Positions 1 through 8,476 of a stretch of DNA of 26,375 nucleotides are shown in pieces. This stretch comes from an uncultured Deferribacteres bacterium (lineage in GTDB: Bacteria; Zhuqueibacterota; Zhuqueibacteria; Zhuqueibacterales; Geothermadaptataceae). Numbering within the stretch: the first letter of the stretch is position 1; every line of letters starts with the position of its first letter. The translations under genes and the position numbers were made by a program. A model generated the notes under the pieces. It worked only from the letters and a program-made list of their open reading frames with translations, was not told the origin of the DNA and ran no database searches. The DNA is taken from positions 1 to 26,375 of the forward strand of contig CAXHAT010000108.1 in assembly GCA_964014485.1 (NCBI GenBank). The letters run 5' to 3'.

Positions 1-193
1 GCCCAAAATAATCAAGTACAACAAAATCAAAAGCTTAACTGAACATAAGGTCTATAGAGAAAGAGTTTCGACACAAATCGAGTAACATCAGATAGATAAG
101 CAAATCACGCAAAAAACCCAAGTTCAAAAGGTTGAGAAGCGTTTGAAGAACAATCGTTTGCGCGCACGGCGTTTTTTTTCTATCATGAGCAAT

Positions 194-302
194 TTAAGGA
201 GTGCAAGGCTTGCCTTGCTTTTCAGCAACAGGACTTTTACGGAATTCCTGATTCTCATTTTTTGAATTGATTGAATCGCAAAGCAAGCTTCGCACTCCTT
301 AA
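194..302. repeat. REP-like inverted doublet (REPIN-like), GGAG-headed family A, copy 1
   Basis: Left arm AAGGAGTGCAAGGCTTGCCTTGCTTTTCA (196-224). Right arm TGAATCGCAAAGCAAGCTTCGCACTCCTT (272-300) is its imperfect reverse complement. Each arm is GGAG-T plus a 7-bp hairpin (GCAAGGC-TT-GCCTTGC). A second copy lies at 25231-25353. Confidence 0.8.
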
Positions 303-304
303 CT

Positions 305-434
305 GATGTTACGCGCCAGCTACGCTATAAAGCGGACGAAACTCCTTCTAATGTCATTCCCGCCTCCGCTTGAATAGCGCAAAAGCGACGTTTTCCAGTA
401 GAAATTTTGGAATTTTCCATTCGCGTGTAACATC
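305..434. other. Putative structured non-coding element upstream of acyl-CoA dehydrogenase
   Basis: GATGTTACGCGC (305-316) pairs with GCGTGTAACATC (423-434). Inner stems: CGCTATAAAGCGGA (323-336) with TCCGCTTGAATAGCG (365-379), and TTCCAG (393-398) with TTGGAA (407-412). Confidence 0.4.
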
Positions 435-487
435 TTAATTCACCCGATTCATCAGAGTTTTAATGCAGAAACAACCCCGGAGATGAG

Positions 488-2296
488 ATGGCGAAACAGT
501 ATGTGAGCATGGAGAATTTGCGCTTTTTGTTGTATGAAGTGCATGGCGCGGAAGATTTGTTCGCCTATCGCCGCTTTGCGGATTTTGACCGTGAGAGTGC
601 GGACATGATGATTGACGCAGCCAAGGAACTCGCCGACAAGGAGCTTTTTCCCTACTTCAAGGAGATGGACGAGAAGCCGGTTTATTATGAAAACGGCAAG
701 GTCATCTCCCACCCGCAGCTCAAAAACATCGTCACCAAGGCGGCGGAGGGCGGCTGGATGGCGGCGACGGCGGATGAACGCCACGGCGGCATGCAAACGC
801 CGGAAATGATTTACAGCGCCGCGATGCACATTTTCAAGGCGGCCAACAACGGCAGTCAGGGCTACATCGGTCTTACCGTCGGCGCTTCGCGCTTGATTAC
901 TTCCTTCGGCGATCAGGCGCTCATCGACGCTTACCTCCCCAAGATGTTCGCCGGAAAATGGCAAGGCACCATGGCGCTGACCGAACCGCACGCCGGCAGT
1001 TCACTTTCGGATATCAAGACCTTCGCCGAACCGCGAGAAGACGGTTCTTACAACATCAAAGGGCAAAAAATTTTCATCTCCGCCGGAGATCATCAAGCGT
1101 GCGAAAATTTTGTGCATTTGACCCTGGTCAGAATCAAAGATGCGCCCGACGGCACTAAAGGCGTTTCGCTCTTCGTCATCCCGAAACTCCGCCCGACGGC
1201 GGACGGCGGCCTGGAAGACAACGACGTGCGCACCGCTGGCGATTTTCAAAAAATGGGGCAGCGCGGCTATGCAACGACCCACCTGGTTTTTGGCGACAAC
1301 GACAATTGCCGCGGCTATCTCGTCGGGCAGGCAAACAATGGCTTGAGTTACATGTTTCAAATGATGAACGATGCGCGCATTAGCGTCGGCATGGCGGCGG
1401 CTTCAGTGGCGCATGCAGCTTATTACGCCTCGCTGGAATACGCCAAAGAGCGACCGCAAGGCAAGCGCCTGGGCGCGAACGGCGGCGGTGAAAGGCAAAC
1501 ATTGATCATCAATCACCCGGACGTTCGGCGCATGTTGCTTGCACAAAAAGCCATCGCCGAAGGTTCAATCAGTCTCGCTTTTGAGTGTACGCGATTGTCG
1601 GATTTGTGCCGCGTCACCGAAGGCGAAGAGCGAGAAAATTATCATTTGCTGCTGGAATTGCTCACGCCGATCATCAAAACCTACCCGTCGGAAGCGGGGA
1701 TTCGTTCAGTGAGTCATGCCGTGCAGGTTTTTGGCGGCTATGGCTACACCGTCGATTATCCGGCGGAGCAGTATTTTCGCGATATGCGCATCATGGCGAT
1801 TTACGAGGGCACGACCGGCATCCAGTCGCTGGATTTGCTCGGCAGGAAAGCGACCATCGCCAACGGCAAGGCGGTGAAACTTCTTTTCGCGGAGTTTTAC
1901 AAAACGATGGCGGCGGCAAAGGCGTTTGAAAATCTCGCACCATACGCGGACAATTTCAAAAAAGCGTGCGACCGTTTTCAGGATGTGCTTCGGCGCCTTG
2001 TCGGATTCGCTAAGAAGGGCGACGTTGAAAATTTTCTCGCCGACGCCACAGTTTTTATGGAATTGGCAGGGATTACGGTCGTTGCGTGGCAGTGGCTGAA
2101 GCAGGCGACGGTTGCACAAAACGCGCTTTCCGCACGTTCAGTCCAAAATGCTCAGCGCGCATTTTACGAAAGCAAAATTCACACGATGAAATTCTACTTC
2201 AAGTACGAGCTGCCGCAGACCGTCGGATTAGCGGAAACGCTGAAATCGGACGAGGCGTTGACCGTTACGCATCCCGACAAGGAAATGATCATTTAG
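488..2296 (+). CDS. Acyl-CoA dehydrogenase (long ~600 aa type with extra C-terminal domain)
   Basis: Motifs GTMALTEPHAGS, IKGQKIFIS, KMGQRG, MFQMMNDAR, YAKERPQG, QVFGGYGY and IYEGTTGIQ (catalytic Glu position). GGAG lies upstream of the ATG. Confidence 0.95.
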   Translation: MAKQYVSMENLRFLLYEVHGAEDLFAYRRFADFDRESADMMIDAAKELADKELFPYFKEMDEKPVYYENGKVISHPQLKNIVTKAAEGGWMAATADERHGGMQTPEMIYSAAMHIFKAANNGSQGYIGLTVGASRLITSFGDQALIDAYLPKMFAGKWQGTMALTEPHAGSSLSDIKTFAEPREDGSYNIKGQKIFISAGDHQACENFVHLTLVRIKDAPDGTKGVSLFVIPKLRPTADGGLEDNDVRTAGDFQKMGQRGYATTHLVFGDNDNCRGYLVGQANNGLSYMFQMMNDARISVGMAAASVAHAAYYASLEYAKERPQGKRLGANGGGERQTLIINHPDVRRMLLAQKAIAEGSISLAFECTRLSDLCRVTEGEERENYHLLLELLTPIIKTYPSEAGIRSVSHAVQVFGGYGYTVDYPAEQYFRDMRIMAIYEGTTGIQSLDLLGRKATIANGKAVKLLFAEFYKTMAAAKAFENLAPYADNFKKACDRFQDVLRRLVGFAKKGDVENFLADATVFMELAGITVVAWQWLKQATVAQNALSARSVQNAQRAFYESKIHTMKFYFKYELPQTVGLAETLKSDEALTVTHPDKEMII

Positions 2297-2301
2297 CGAC
2301 G

Positions 2302-3693
2302 CTATTGTCCCGTCGGCCTCAGCCAGCGCTCCCAATCCGGATCGTTAATTTCATTGCGGGCGGTCGCATGGACCAATTCCATTTCTCCCCAACCGCGAAG
2401 GTCGACGAAGATGAATTCCGTCCCGCCTTGTAAATCATAATATCGCCAAATTTGATAAGCGCGCAGGCTATTATTGCTCGGGTGACGCTCAATTTCGTCA
2501 GGACGGTTGTAGATGAGCAAGATGCGGCCGCGATCCGTTGCCCAGCCCGGCTTAAGGCCGCCAAAGTTTTCATTGGCGTATTCAACGCGCGCGAGATAAT
2601 CGTCACGAAATTCGTTTTGCAGCGTCGTGCTGTCAGGGTCTTGACTGCGCCAAAAACGAGCGAGAAACGTCGTTTTATTCTCAAAATCGAGCTGTTTGAA
2701 AATACGCTCGTCCTCACGTTTTGCGATCCATTTTACGGCGGCGAATTCCTCGTCCACTTCTTTGGGCGATTTATCACGATAATGAAAAGCCGCCAAATCC
2801 TCAGCAGAGATCACTTGTTTGGGCGTATCGAAGCGCCTCCTGTCAATTTCCCGCAAGACGTAGAAAGTCTTTTCTTGTTCGACAACTTCGCCGCTCTGTA
2901 AATCCGCGATTGTTACCACCAAATTATACGTCCCGCTCCTAAGGGCCAGCACGTTGAAGCCGCCGACTTCGACCAGAGAACGTCCGGCGATTGACTTGTG
3001 TTTCGGCGGAAAATTTTTCACGATTTCGCCGTTGCGGTCAACCACGCGCCAAGCGACGGAATAGGCTGAATCCGCCGGAAAAGTCAGATTATACACCTCG
3101 AGATAAAACATGAGCGCAGGCAGCCCGGCGCCGTAGGTTTCGGAAGGATTTGGGATAATTTCATAGCCGTTTTTGTAAAACATTCCGCCGGCGTCGCTTT
3201 TGGCGCGCTGAATGCGTGAGGCGATTTGTAAATCACTGGCCGCCAAACCGTCCGCTTTAAAAGACTTTATTGCGAGGCTGAGCGTTTGCGTTCCACTCAG
3301 GCTGGAATTCCCGTCTCGCAGTGCGGCTTCAACGCGATAAATGCCGGTTTTCATTTGCAAGCGCCGCTGGCTGAACAACATTTGAGCGGGGGTGATCTCT
3401 GCAAGCGAATCGACGTGGGTAGCGGAACCCCAGCGATCCTTGTGCAGCAAGACGTCATTTTGAAAAATGTTGATTTCGAGTTCAAATTCCGCATGAAATC
3501 CAGAGTCAACTTTGACAAATTCGAGCGAGCGACGCGGTACGCTGAAATAGAATTCAGCCAGATTCAGGGAGTCGTTGACGCGAAATTGGGCGGAGGTAAA
3601 ATCGAAGCGCAGCGTTTCGGCCGGCTGGCGTGCGTTGGCCGCCTGTGCGACGAGAACCAGGAAAAATATGAAAGATTGGAGTGTTCGTTTCAT
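2302..3693 (-). CDS. Secreted GWxTD domain-containing protein
   Basis: N-terminal signal peptide (MKRTLQSFIFFLVLVAQAANA) and Ig-like beta-rich N-terminal part. C-terminal FLARFWRSQDPD...EFRDDYLARVEYANENF...GWATDRGRILLIY.RPDEI is the GWxTD signature. The ATG at 3693 overlaps the upstream TGA (alternative GTG at 3696). Confidence 0.9.
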   Translation of the reverse strand: MKRTLQSFIFFLVLVAQAANARQPAETLRFDFTSAQFRVNDSLNLAEFYFSVPRRSLEFVKVDSGFHAEFELEINIFQNDVLLHKDRWGSATHVDSLAEITPAQMLFSQRRLQMKTGIYRVEAALRDGNSSLSGTQTLSLAIKSFKADGLAASDLQIASRIQRAKSDAGGMFYKNGYEIIPNPSETYGAGLPALMFYLEVYNLTFPADSAYSVAWRVVDRNGEIVKNFPPKHKSIAGRSLVEVGGFNVLALRSGTYNLVVTIADLQSGEVVEQEKTFYVLREIDRRRFDTPKQVISAEDLAAFHYRDKSPKEVDEEFAAVKWIAKREDERIFKQLDFENKTTFLARFWRSQDPDSTTLQNEFRDDYLARVEYANENFGGLKPGWATDRGRILLIYNRPDEIERHPSNNSLRAYQIWRYYDLQGGTEFIFVDLRGWGEMELVHATARNEINDPDWERWLRPTGQ

Positions 3694-4433
3694 CACTTTT
3701 CAGCCCCTTGTTTCGTCGCAATAAACGCAAGGCGTCTCGGCGCTAGTTCGAATTCGCCGTAATTGCGCGAAACAGTCACGTCAAAATTGTTTTTTTCCAG
3801 AAGTCGCACAATTTTAGCTGAATCGAAAACATGTATGCGGTGTTTTTCAAACGACCGCCGGTAGCAACCATTGATTTCTCGAAAAATGGTAATCTCTCGC
3901 GTCAATTCATTTTGCGTTTTTTGCTCGGTCGTTTCAACGAGCACTGCCCAATCATCGCCTTTCCGCCACGATCGCTGCTGTAAGCTGTCTTGTTCGTCTT
4001 GAACGATGACGTCAAAGGCCAAAACGCCGCCGTGAATCAAATGCTCAGCTATTTTTTCAAGAATTTTTTCCAATTTCGATAAAGGCGATACGTCGCCGAC
4101 GATATAATTGAATCCTTCGCCCAAGGCGGTAACGGCGCTGCACTTTTGAAGTTCCGCTTCATGAATCGACGACGTTTGAAATTGAGCTTTCGGCGCCGTT
4201 TTGCGAGCTAATTCAATCATGCTTTTTGAAAAGTCGATTCCCATAGTACGGTAACCTGAATCCGTGAGTTTTTTGGACCAGATTCCGCTGCCGCAGCCCA
4301 AGTCTATCACCAGTCCGGAAGAAATTTGGGAAGATTGGAAAATTTTCAATAGCGCGCTTCCGGCTTTGCGTGAAAAATCACCAAAGCCGATATGATGGAC
4401 GTAGGCGAGGTCTTCATTATAGAACGGCTGCAT
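3693..4433 (-). CDS. Class I SAM-dependent methyltransferase
   Basis: Motif I VIDLGCGSG and motif II GIDFSKSMIELAR, followed by a later GGVLAFD strand; 246 aa. Confidence 0.9.
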   Translation of the reverse strand: MQPFYNEDLAYVHHIGFGDFSRKAGSALLKIFQSSQISSGLVIDLGCGSGIWSKKLTDSGYRTMGIDFSKSMIELARKTAPKAQFQTSSIHEAELQKCSAVTALGEGFNYIVGDVSPLSKLEKILEKIAEHLIHGGVLAFDVIVQDEQDSLQQRSWRKGDDWAVLVETTEQKTQNELTREITIFREINGCYRRSFEKHRIHVFDSAKIVRLLEKNNFDVTVSRNYGEFELAPRRLAFIATKQGAEK

Positions 4434-4546
4434 CTTTTTGTCGGACGAAACGCTTTCTTGAACTGCAAAACTTGCACTTTAAAAATAGCGTCGTTTGCTT
4501 GCCGCTTCAAGAAGAAGCATACAGGCCGCCTCTCGCCGGGAAGGAC

Positions 4547-4575
4547 TTGCCATTCGATACGCCGGGCCATATTTT
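4547..4575 (+). promoter_or_regulatory. Putative sigma70 promoter for the 4650 gene and downstream two-component genes
   Basis: TTGCCA (4547-4552), 17-nt spacer, TATTTT (4570-4575), about 75 nt upstream of ATG 4650. Confidence 0.45.
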
Positions 4576-4649
4576 CGTTTAAGCGAGAAACAGGAAACGG
4601 CGCAGGGCGCGTCTCTTACGCAAGAAAAATAGAACCTTGGAGTTTTGCC

Positions 4650-5420
4650 ATGACAAAAGCCGAGTTGATTCTGCAATTTATTAGAACGTTGATTTGGCCA
4701 ATTATTTTCGTTTTTGGCGTATTCATGTTTCACGGTCAAATCGGGGCGTTGTTGGAAGGCGAGATTGAAGCGGAAATTTTCGGAGTCAAGGTTAAGGGCA
4801 AGAATAGCAGCGGCTTGCAAGAGCTTGCCGTCCGGGAAGATTCGCTGCGACAAGTTATTGTCGAAATGCAGGACAATGCGGCGAAGCTTGCAAGCCTTAA
4901 TCAGTCCCTCGCTGCATCGAACGAGGAACTAAAAGACACGATTGAAGAACAAAACAACAAGCTCCGCACCGCCGCGGCGAACGACAGAAGAAAAAACACT
5001 CGCAATCGTTCTCCGATCACCCCGGTTAAAGTTCCCGAAACGCAGAGTGACGAATTGGCTAAAGAGAGTGAACGGGTTGCCGCGAATCTATCCGCCCAAG
5101 TGGATCAGAGCTTTCGATATACCGCAGGTTCAAAATATGACGTTGCGAAAAAGCAGGAAGTGTTAGGTTTCGAAGCCTTAATCAAAGATGATTTTTCCGC
5201 TGCGTTAGACCATTTTGAAAAAGCGACAAAAGCCTGGCCGTCCTATCATAATGTTTCGGAAATCGCGCGACTTTTGAGAAGCAAAGGGCGGGAATTGAGC
5301 ATCGCTCAAAGCAAAGAAAAAGCAGGGCAAGAAGTTTATCAGGAGATTTGGGATAAATACTCTTGGGGCATGCCGGAGGAGATCAAGGCTGAGATGCGGA
5401 AAAAATTAGGCAAGAAATAG
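4650..5420 (+). CDS. Hypothetical protein: N-terminal TM helix, coiled coil, C-terminal TPR-like helices
   Basis: ATG at 4650 preceded by GGAG (4639-4642); the ORF-track start at 4392 overlaps the divergent gene. Hydrophobic LIWPIIFVFGVFMF, heptad-rich LASLNQSLAASNEELKDTIEEQNNKL, and TPR-like FSAALDHFEKATKAWP; 256 aa. Confidence 0.75.
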   Translation: MTKAELILQFIRTLIWPIIFVFGVFMFHGQIGALLEGEIEAEIFGVKVKGKNSSGLQELAVREDSLRQVIVEMQDNAAKLASLNQSLAASNEELKDTIEEQNNKLRTAAANDRRKNTRNRSPITPVKVPETQSDELAKESERVAANLSAQVDQSFRYTAGSKYDVAKKQEVLGFEALIKDDFSAALDHFEKATKAWPSYHNVSEIARLLRSKGRELSIAQSKEKAGQEVYQEIWDKYSWGMPEEIKAEMRKKLGKK

Positions 5421-5468
5421 CAGAATGAGAATGTTCGGGAGCGCAGGCGCCTTCTTGCCGGAGAAAAC

Positions 5469-6584
5469 ATGACGAAGCATGACGCCCAAAACTTCGATTC
5501 CTTCAACAAAAGAATAGTCGGCAAGAATTTCAAGCTGCTGTTCATCACAGGGTTTTGGGTGCTGATCATGCTGCTGGCCGTCAGCAGCCAACTGGTGCAT
5601 ACGGAAACCTGCAGAACCATTTTGGACGTCATTCAGCTTTTTGAACTGCCGAATTACGGCACGTGGGCGGCGTTAAGCCCGTTGATCCTTTTGTTCGGCG
5701 GACGCTTTCCACTGGAGAAAAATCTTTGGAAAAGCCGCGTTCCGCTGACAATCGCTTTTGGCTTGCTGATTAGTTTTGTCCAGGCCATTCCGCAAGAAGT
5801 CGTCAACGTCACGATTGATACGAGCCCGACTCACGCCAAGACCATATCTCACAGCATCACCAACCACATCATCCCGCAAATGCCGCTCAAGTTTCTGATT
5901 TTTTGTTCTGTCTTGGGCATGGGGTACGCATTTGATTTTTACCGTCAATTTCAGGAACGCGACGCGCGACTGAGCCAAACTGAGAAGCGGTTGGTGCAAG
6001 CCAAGCTCGAGGCGCTCAAGTCACAATTACAACCGCATTTTCTCTTCAACACCCTCAACGCCGTTTCCGCTCTGGTTGAAAAAGACCCTGCCGCCAGCCG
6101 CCGCATGATTGCCCGGTTGAGCGAATTGCTTCGTCTGACCCTGGACAGCCAGGAGCAGCATGAGATTACGCTCGAAAGCGAACTTGCCTTGTTGAAACAT
6201 TATTTGGAGATCGAACAAATTCGTTTTGAAGATCGTTTGCAGGTCAACTACAATATCGCGACAGAGACGCACAGAGCGCTTGTTCCCAACATGATTTTGC
6301 AGCCGCTTGTTGAAAACGCCATTAAGCACGGCGTGCAGAAACAACGATCCGGCGGCGTGATAAATATTAGCGCTCATCATGAAAACGAGCGGCTCCATCT
6401 CGTCGTGGAAGACGACGGGCCGGGCGTCGATTTCGATGCGGAAACGTTTCAGCGCGGCGTAGGTCTCAAAAACACGCAATCGAGGCTTCGGCAGCTCTAT
6501 GGCGAGGATCACAGCTTTAGTTTAGAAAATGCCGGCGAGACAGGCTTAAAAGTGAGGATATCTTTACCTTATCGTAAAACTTAA
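5469..6584 (+). CDS. LytS/YehU-family sensor histidine kinase
   Basis: About 4 N-terminal TM helices. H-box ALKSQLQPHFLFNTLN, YLEIEQIRFEDRL, N-box LQPLVENAIKHG, and G-boxes VEDDGPG and GVGLKNT. Confidence 0.95.
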   Translation: MTKHDAQNFDSFNKRIVGKNFKLLFITGFWVLIMLLAVSSQLVHTETCRTILDVIQLFELPNYGTWAALSPLILLFGGRFPLEKNLWKSRVPLTIAFGLLISFVQAIPQEVVNVTIDTSPTHAKTISHSITNHIIPQMPLKFLIFCSVLGMGYAFDFYRQFQERDARLSQTEKRLVQAKLEALKSQLQPHFLFNTLNAVSALVEKDPAASRRMIARLSELLRLTLDSQEQHEITLESELALLKHYLEIEQIRFEDRLQVNYNIATETHRALVPNMILQPLVENAIKHGVQKQRSGGVINISAHHENERLHLVVEDDGPGVDFDAETFQRGVGLKNTQSRLRQLYGEDHSFSLENAGETGLKVRISLPYRKT

Positions 6585-6595
6585 TCGCAATCCCG

Positions 6596-7390
6596 GTGAA
6601 CCCCAAAATTAAAACCGTCATTGTCGACGACGAGCCGCTTGCCAGGAGTCGAATCCGAGACCTTTTGGCGCAAGATGACGATATTGACTTGGTGCGCGAG
6701 TGCCGAGACGGATTTGAAGCGGTCGAGCAGCTTACTCAATCCCCGGCCGATTTGCTTTTCCTGGACGTTCAAATGCCGGAAAAAGACGGCTTCACCGTCG
6801 TTCAGGAACTCCCCCAGGAAAACCTGCCGTTGATTGTCTTTGTCACCGCTTACGATCAATACGCTCTGAAAGCTTTTGAAGTCCACGCGCTGGATTATCT
6901 TTTGAAGCCCTACGATGACGAACGGTTCTTTCAGGCGTTGGAGCACGCAAAACAGCAGATACGAGAAAAACGACGGGGCGCGTACAATCGCAAGCTAGCC
7001 GAACTCATGCAAGCGCATCAAGAGCAATTTGACGCCCCAACTCCTGCGATCCAGCCTTTAGAGCGCCTTGTCGTCAAGGAGCGCGGCGAGTCGCTGGTGC
7101 TGCAAACAAAAGACGTCGTCTATATCGAAGGTGAAGGCGTTTACGTTCGTCTGCATTTGGCGAAGCGCAGCTACTTGCTTCGCGAGCGGATGGGCGTGCT
7201 GGAGCAGAGACTCGACGACAATCGTTTTTTTCGTATTCACCGCTCATCCATTGTCAATCTTGAGTACATCCAAAAACTCGTGCCTCATTTTCACGGCGAC
7301 TATATCGTCGTGCTTCACAACGGCGTTCGCCTGAAACTGAGCCGCAGTCGTCGGGCGGCCTTGCAAGCCAAGTTAGGTTCAGCGTTTTAA
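6596..7390 (+). CDS. LytTR-family DNA-binding response regulator
   Basis: Receiver motifs IVDDEPLAR, LFLDVQMP, FVTAYD and DYLLKP. LytTR domain FFRIHRSSIVNL and LKLSRSRR. GTG start. Confidence 0.95.
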   Translation: MNPKIKTVIVDDEPLARSRIRDLLAQDDDIDLVRECRDGFEAVEQLTQSPADLLFLDVQMPEKDGFTVVQELPQENLPLIVFVTAYDQYALKAFEVHALDYLLKPYDDERFFQALEHAKQQIREKRRGAYNRKLAELMQAHQEQFDAPTPAIQPLERLVVKERGESLVLQTKDVVYIEGEGVYVRLHLAKRSYLLRERMGVLEQRLDDNRFFRIHRSSIVNLEYIQKLVPHFHGDYIVVLHNGVRLKLSRSRRAALQAKLGSAF

Positions 7391-7474
7391 AATGTTGACC
7401 ACATTTTTCTGACAACCATTTTTCTGTCGGCAACCAATAGAATTTGCTGGTTGCAAACCATGACGCAATTTCCT

Positions 7475-7541
7475 CAATTCATTTCACCCTCGCCTCACTT
7501 TATGACATTCCGTTCGTGATTTCCCCCATAGGGTCGTTCAT
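7475..7541 (+). promoter_or_regulatory. Candidate LytTR-regulator binding boxes upstream of the thioredoxin pair
   Basis: TCCGTTCGT (7509-7517) and GTCGTTCAT (7533-7541) resemble the AlgR site CCGTTCGTC. Weaker CAATTCAT (7475) and CACTTTAT (7496) are 21 nt apart. The region is immediately downstream of the LytTR gene. Confidence 0.45.
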
Positions 7542-7582
7542 TCTCCCGGCAAACAGACGAAAATTCAAAACCGGAGGTGAAT

Positions 7583-8458
7583 ATGAACGCTCGCAAATTG
7601 GCGCTTCTCTCCACATTTTTCTATGCTCTGACTTTGGGGCTCTCCTTTGTCAGTGCAAATTACTACGCCAATGAACCCCTGCTCTGCCCGGCTGTCGAAG
7701 AAGAGCCGACGGAGACGCTGAACGGCGAGTGGTTCGGCGGCGCGGTCTATCGTCACGGCGAGTCCTGTCCCGGGCACTGGGAAGCCGTGAAGCTGCACGT
7801 TTGGCAAGAAGGGTCAGCGCAAAAGGCTTCCATCGATTACCCTAAAAAGAACCAGTTCGACATTCCCCTGAGCTTTGATCCCGCTAAAAACATCTTCAGC
7901 CGTTCGACGCCCGACGGCGTCCAAATTGAACTGAAAGCCCGATTTGAAGAGAGCGAACTGAGCGGCGACTACGTGCAAAATGGCGAGAAAATCGGATCTT
8001 TTCAGTTTGTGCGCAACTCGGGCAAGGTTTTCAAACGCGTTCCCATCCCCGACTTCAATTTCAGCTTAATCGACAGCGATCAGTCCGTCCAAAATACTGA
8101 TCTTGCCGGGAAGTATGTTCTGATCGATTTTTGGTTCACCGCCTGCAAGATTTGCCGAGCGGAGATGCCGAATCTGCACGAAGCTTATGAAAAATACGGC
8201 AAAAAGAATTTCACCATTTTGAGCGTATCTATCGATCAAAAACTGGAAGACGTACGCGCCTTTCGCAAAGAAAACTGGCCGATGCCCTGGCTCAACAGCC
8301 ATTTAGAAAAGAGCTGGGACAGCCCGGTGCTTAAAGAATTCGACTTCAAGGGATCGCCGACACTCTACCTGATCTCCCCGGAAGGTAAAGTGCTTGCTGG
8401 CAACGACCAACTGCTTGGTGAGAATCTGGAGAAGACTTTAGCAAAACATTTGAACTAA
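7583..8458 (+). CDS. Secreted TlpA/ResA-like thiol-disulfide oxidoreductase with N-terminal beta-rich domain (paralog 1)
   Basis: GGAGG RBS (7573-7577) and signal peptide. Thioredoxin-like C-terminus GKYVLIDFWFTACKICRAEMPNL, ILSVSID, MPW and SPTLYLISPEGKV. Confidence 0.88.
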   Translation: MNARKLALLSTFFYALTLGLSFVSANYYANEPLLCPAVEEEPTETLNGEWFGGAVYRHGESCPGHWEAVKLHVWQEGSAQKASIDYPKKNQFDIPLSFDPAKNIFSRSTPDGVQIELKARFEESELSGDYVQNGEKIGSFQFVRNSGKVFKRVPIPDFNFSLIDSDQSVQNTDLAGKYVLIDFWFTACKICRAEMPNLHEAYEKYGKKNFTILSVSIDQKLEDVRAFRKENWPMPWLNSHLEKSWDSPVLKEFDFKGSPTLYLISPEGKVLAGNDQLLGENLEKTLAKHLN

Positions 8459-8476
8459 CCAAAGCGAGGGCTCGAA

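Noticed and set aside
2..85. Possible 3' end of an upstream CDS (PKIIKYNKIK...STQIE*)
   Set aside because: Only 27 codons with no recognisable motif, so it cannot be supported.
4392..4649. N-terminal extension of the 342-aa ORF
   Set aside because: It overlaps the divergent methyltransferase start and promoter region. The RBS and composition favour ATG 4650.
5437..5461. GGGAGCGCAGGCGCCTTCTTGCCGG, resembling a degenerate GGAG-type REP
   Set aside because: It is a single arm with a poor palindrome and overlaps the kinase RBS region.
7397..7454. Direct repeat CATTTTTCTG x2 (15-nt period) and short IR GCAACCA/TGGTTGC after the LytTR gene
   Set aside because: Too short and low in complexity to assign. 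It could be a weak terminator or a small duplication.
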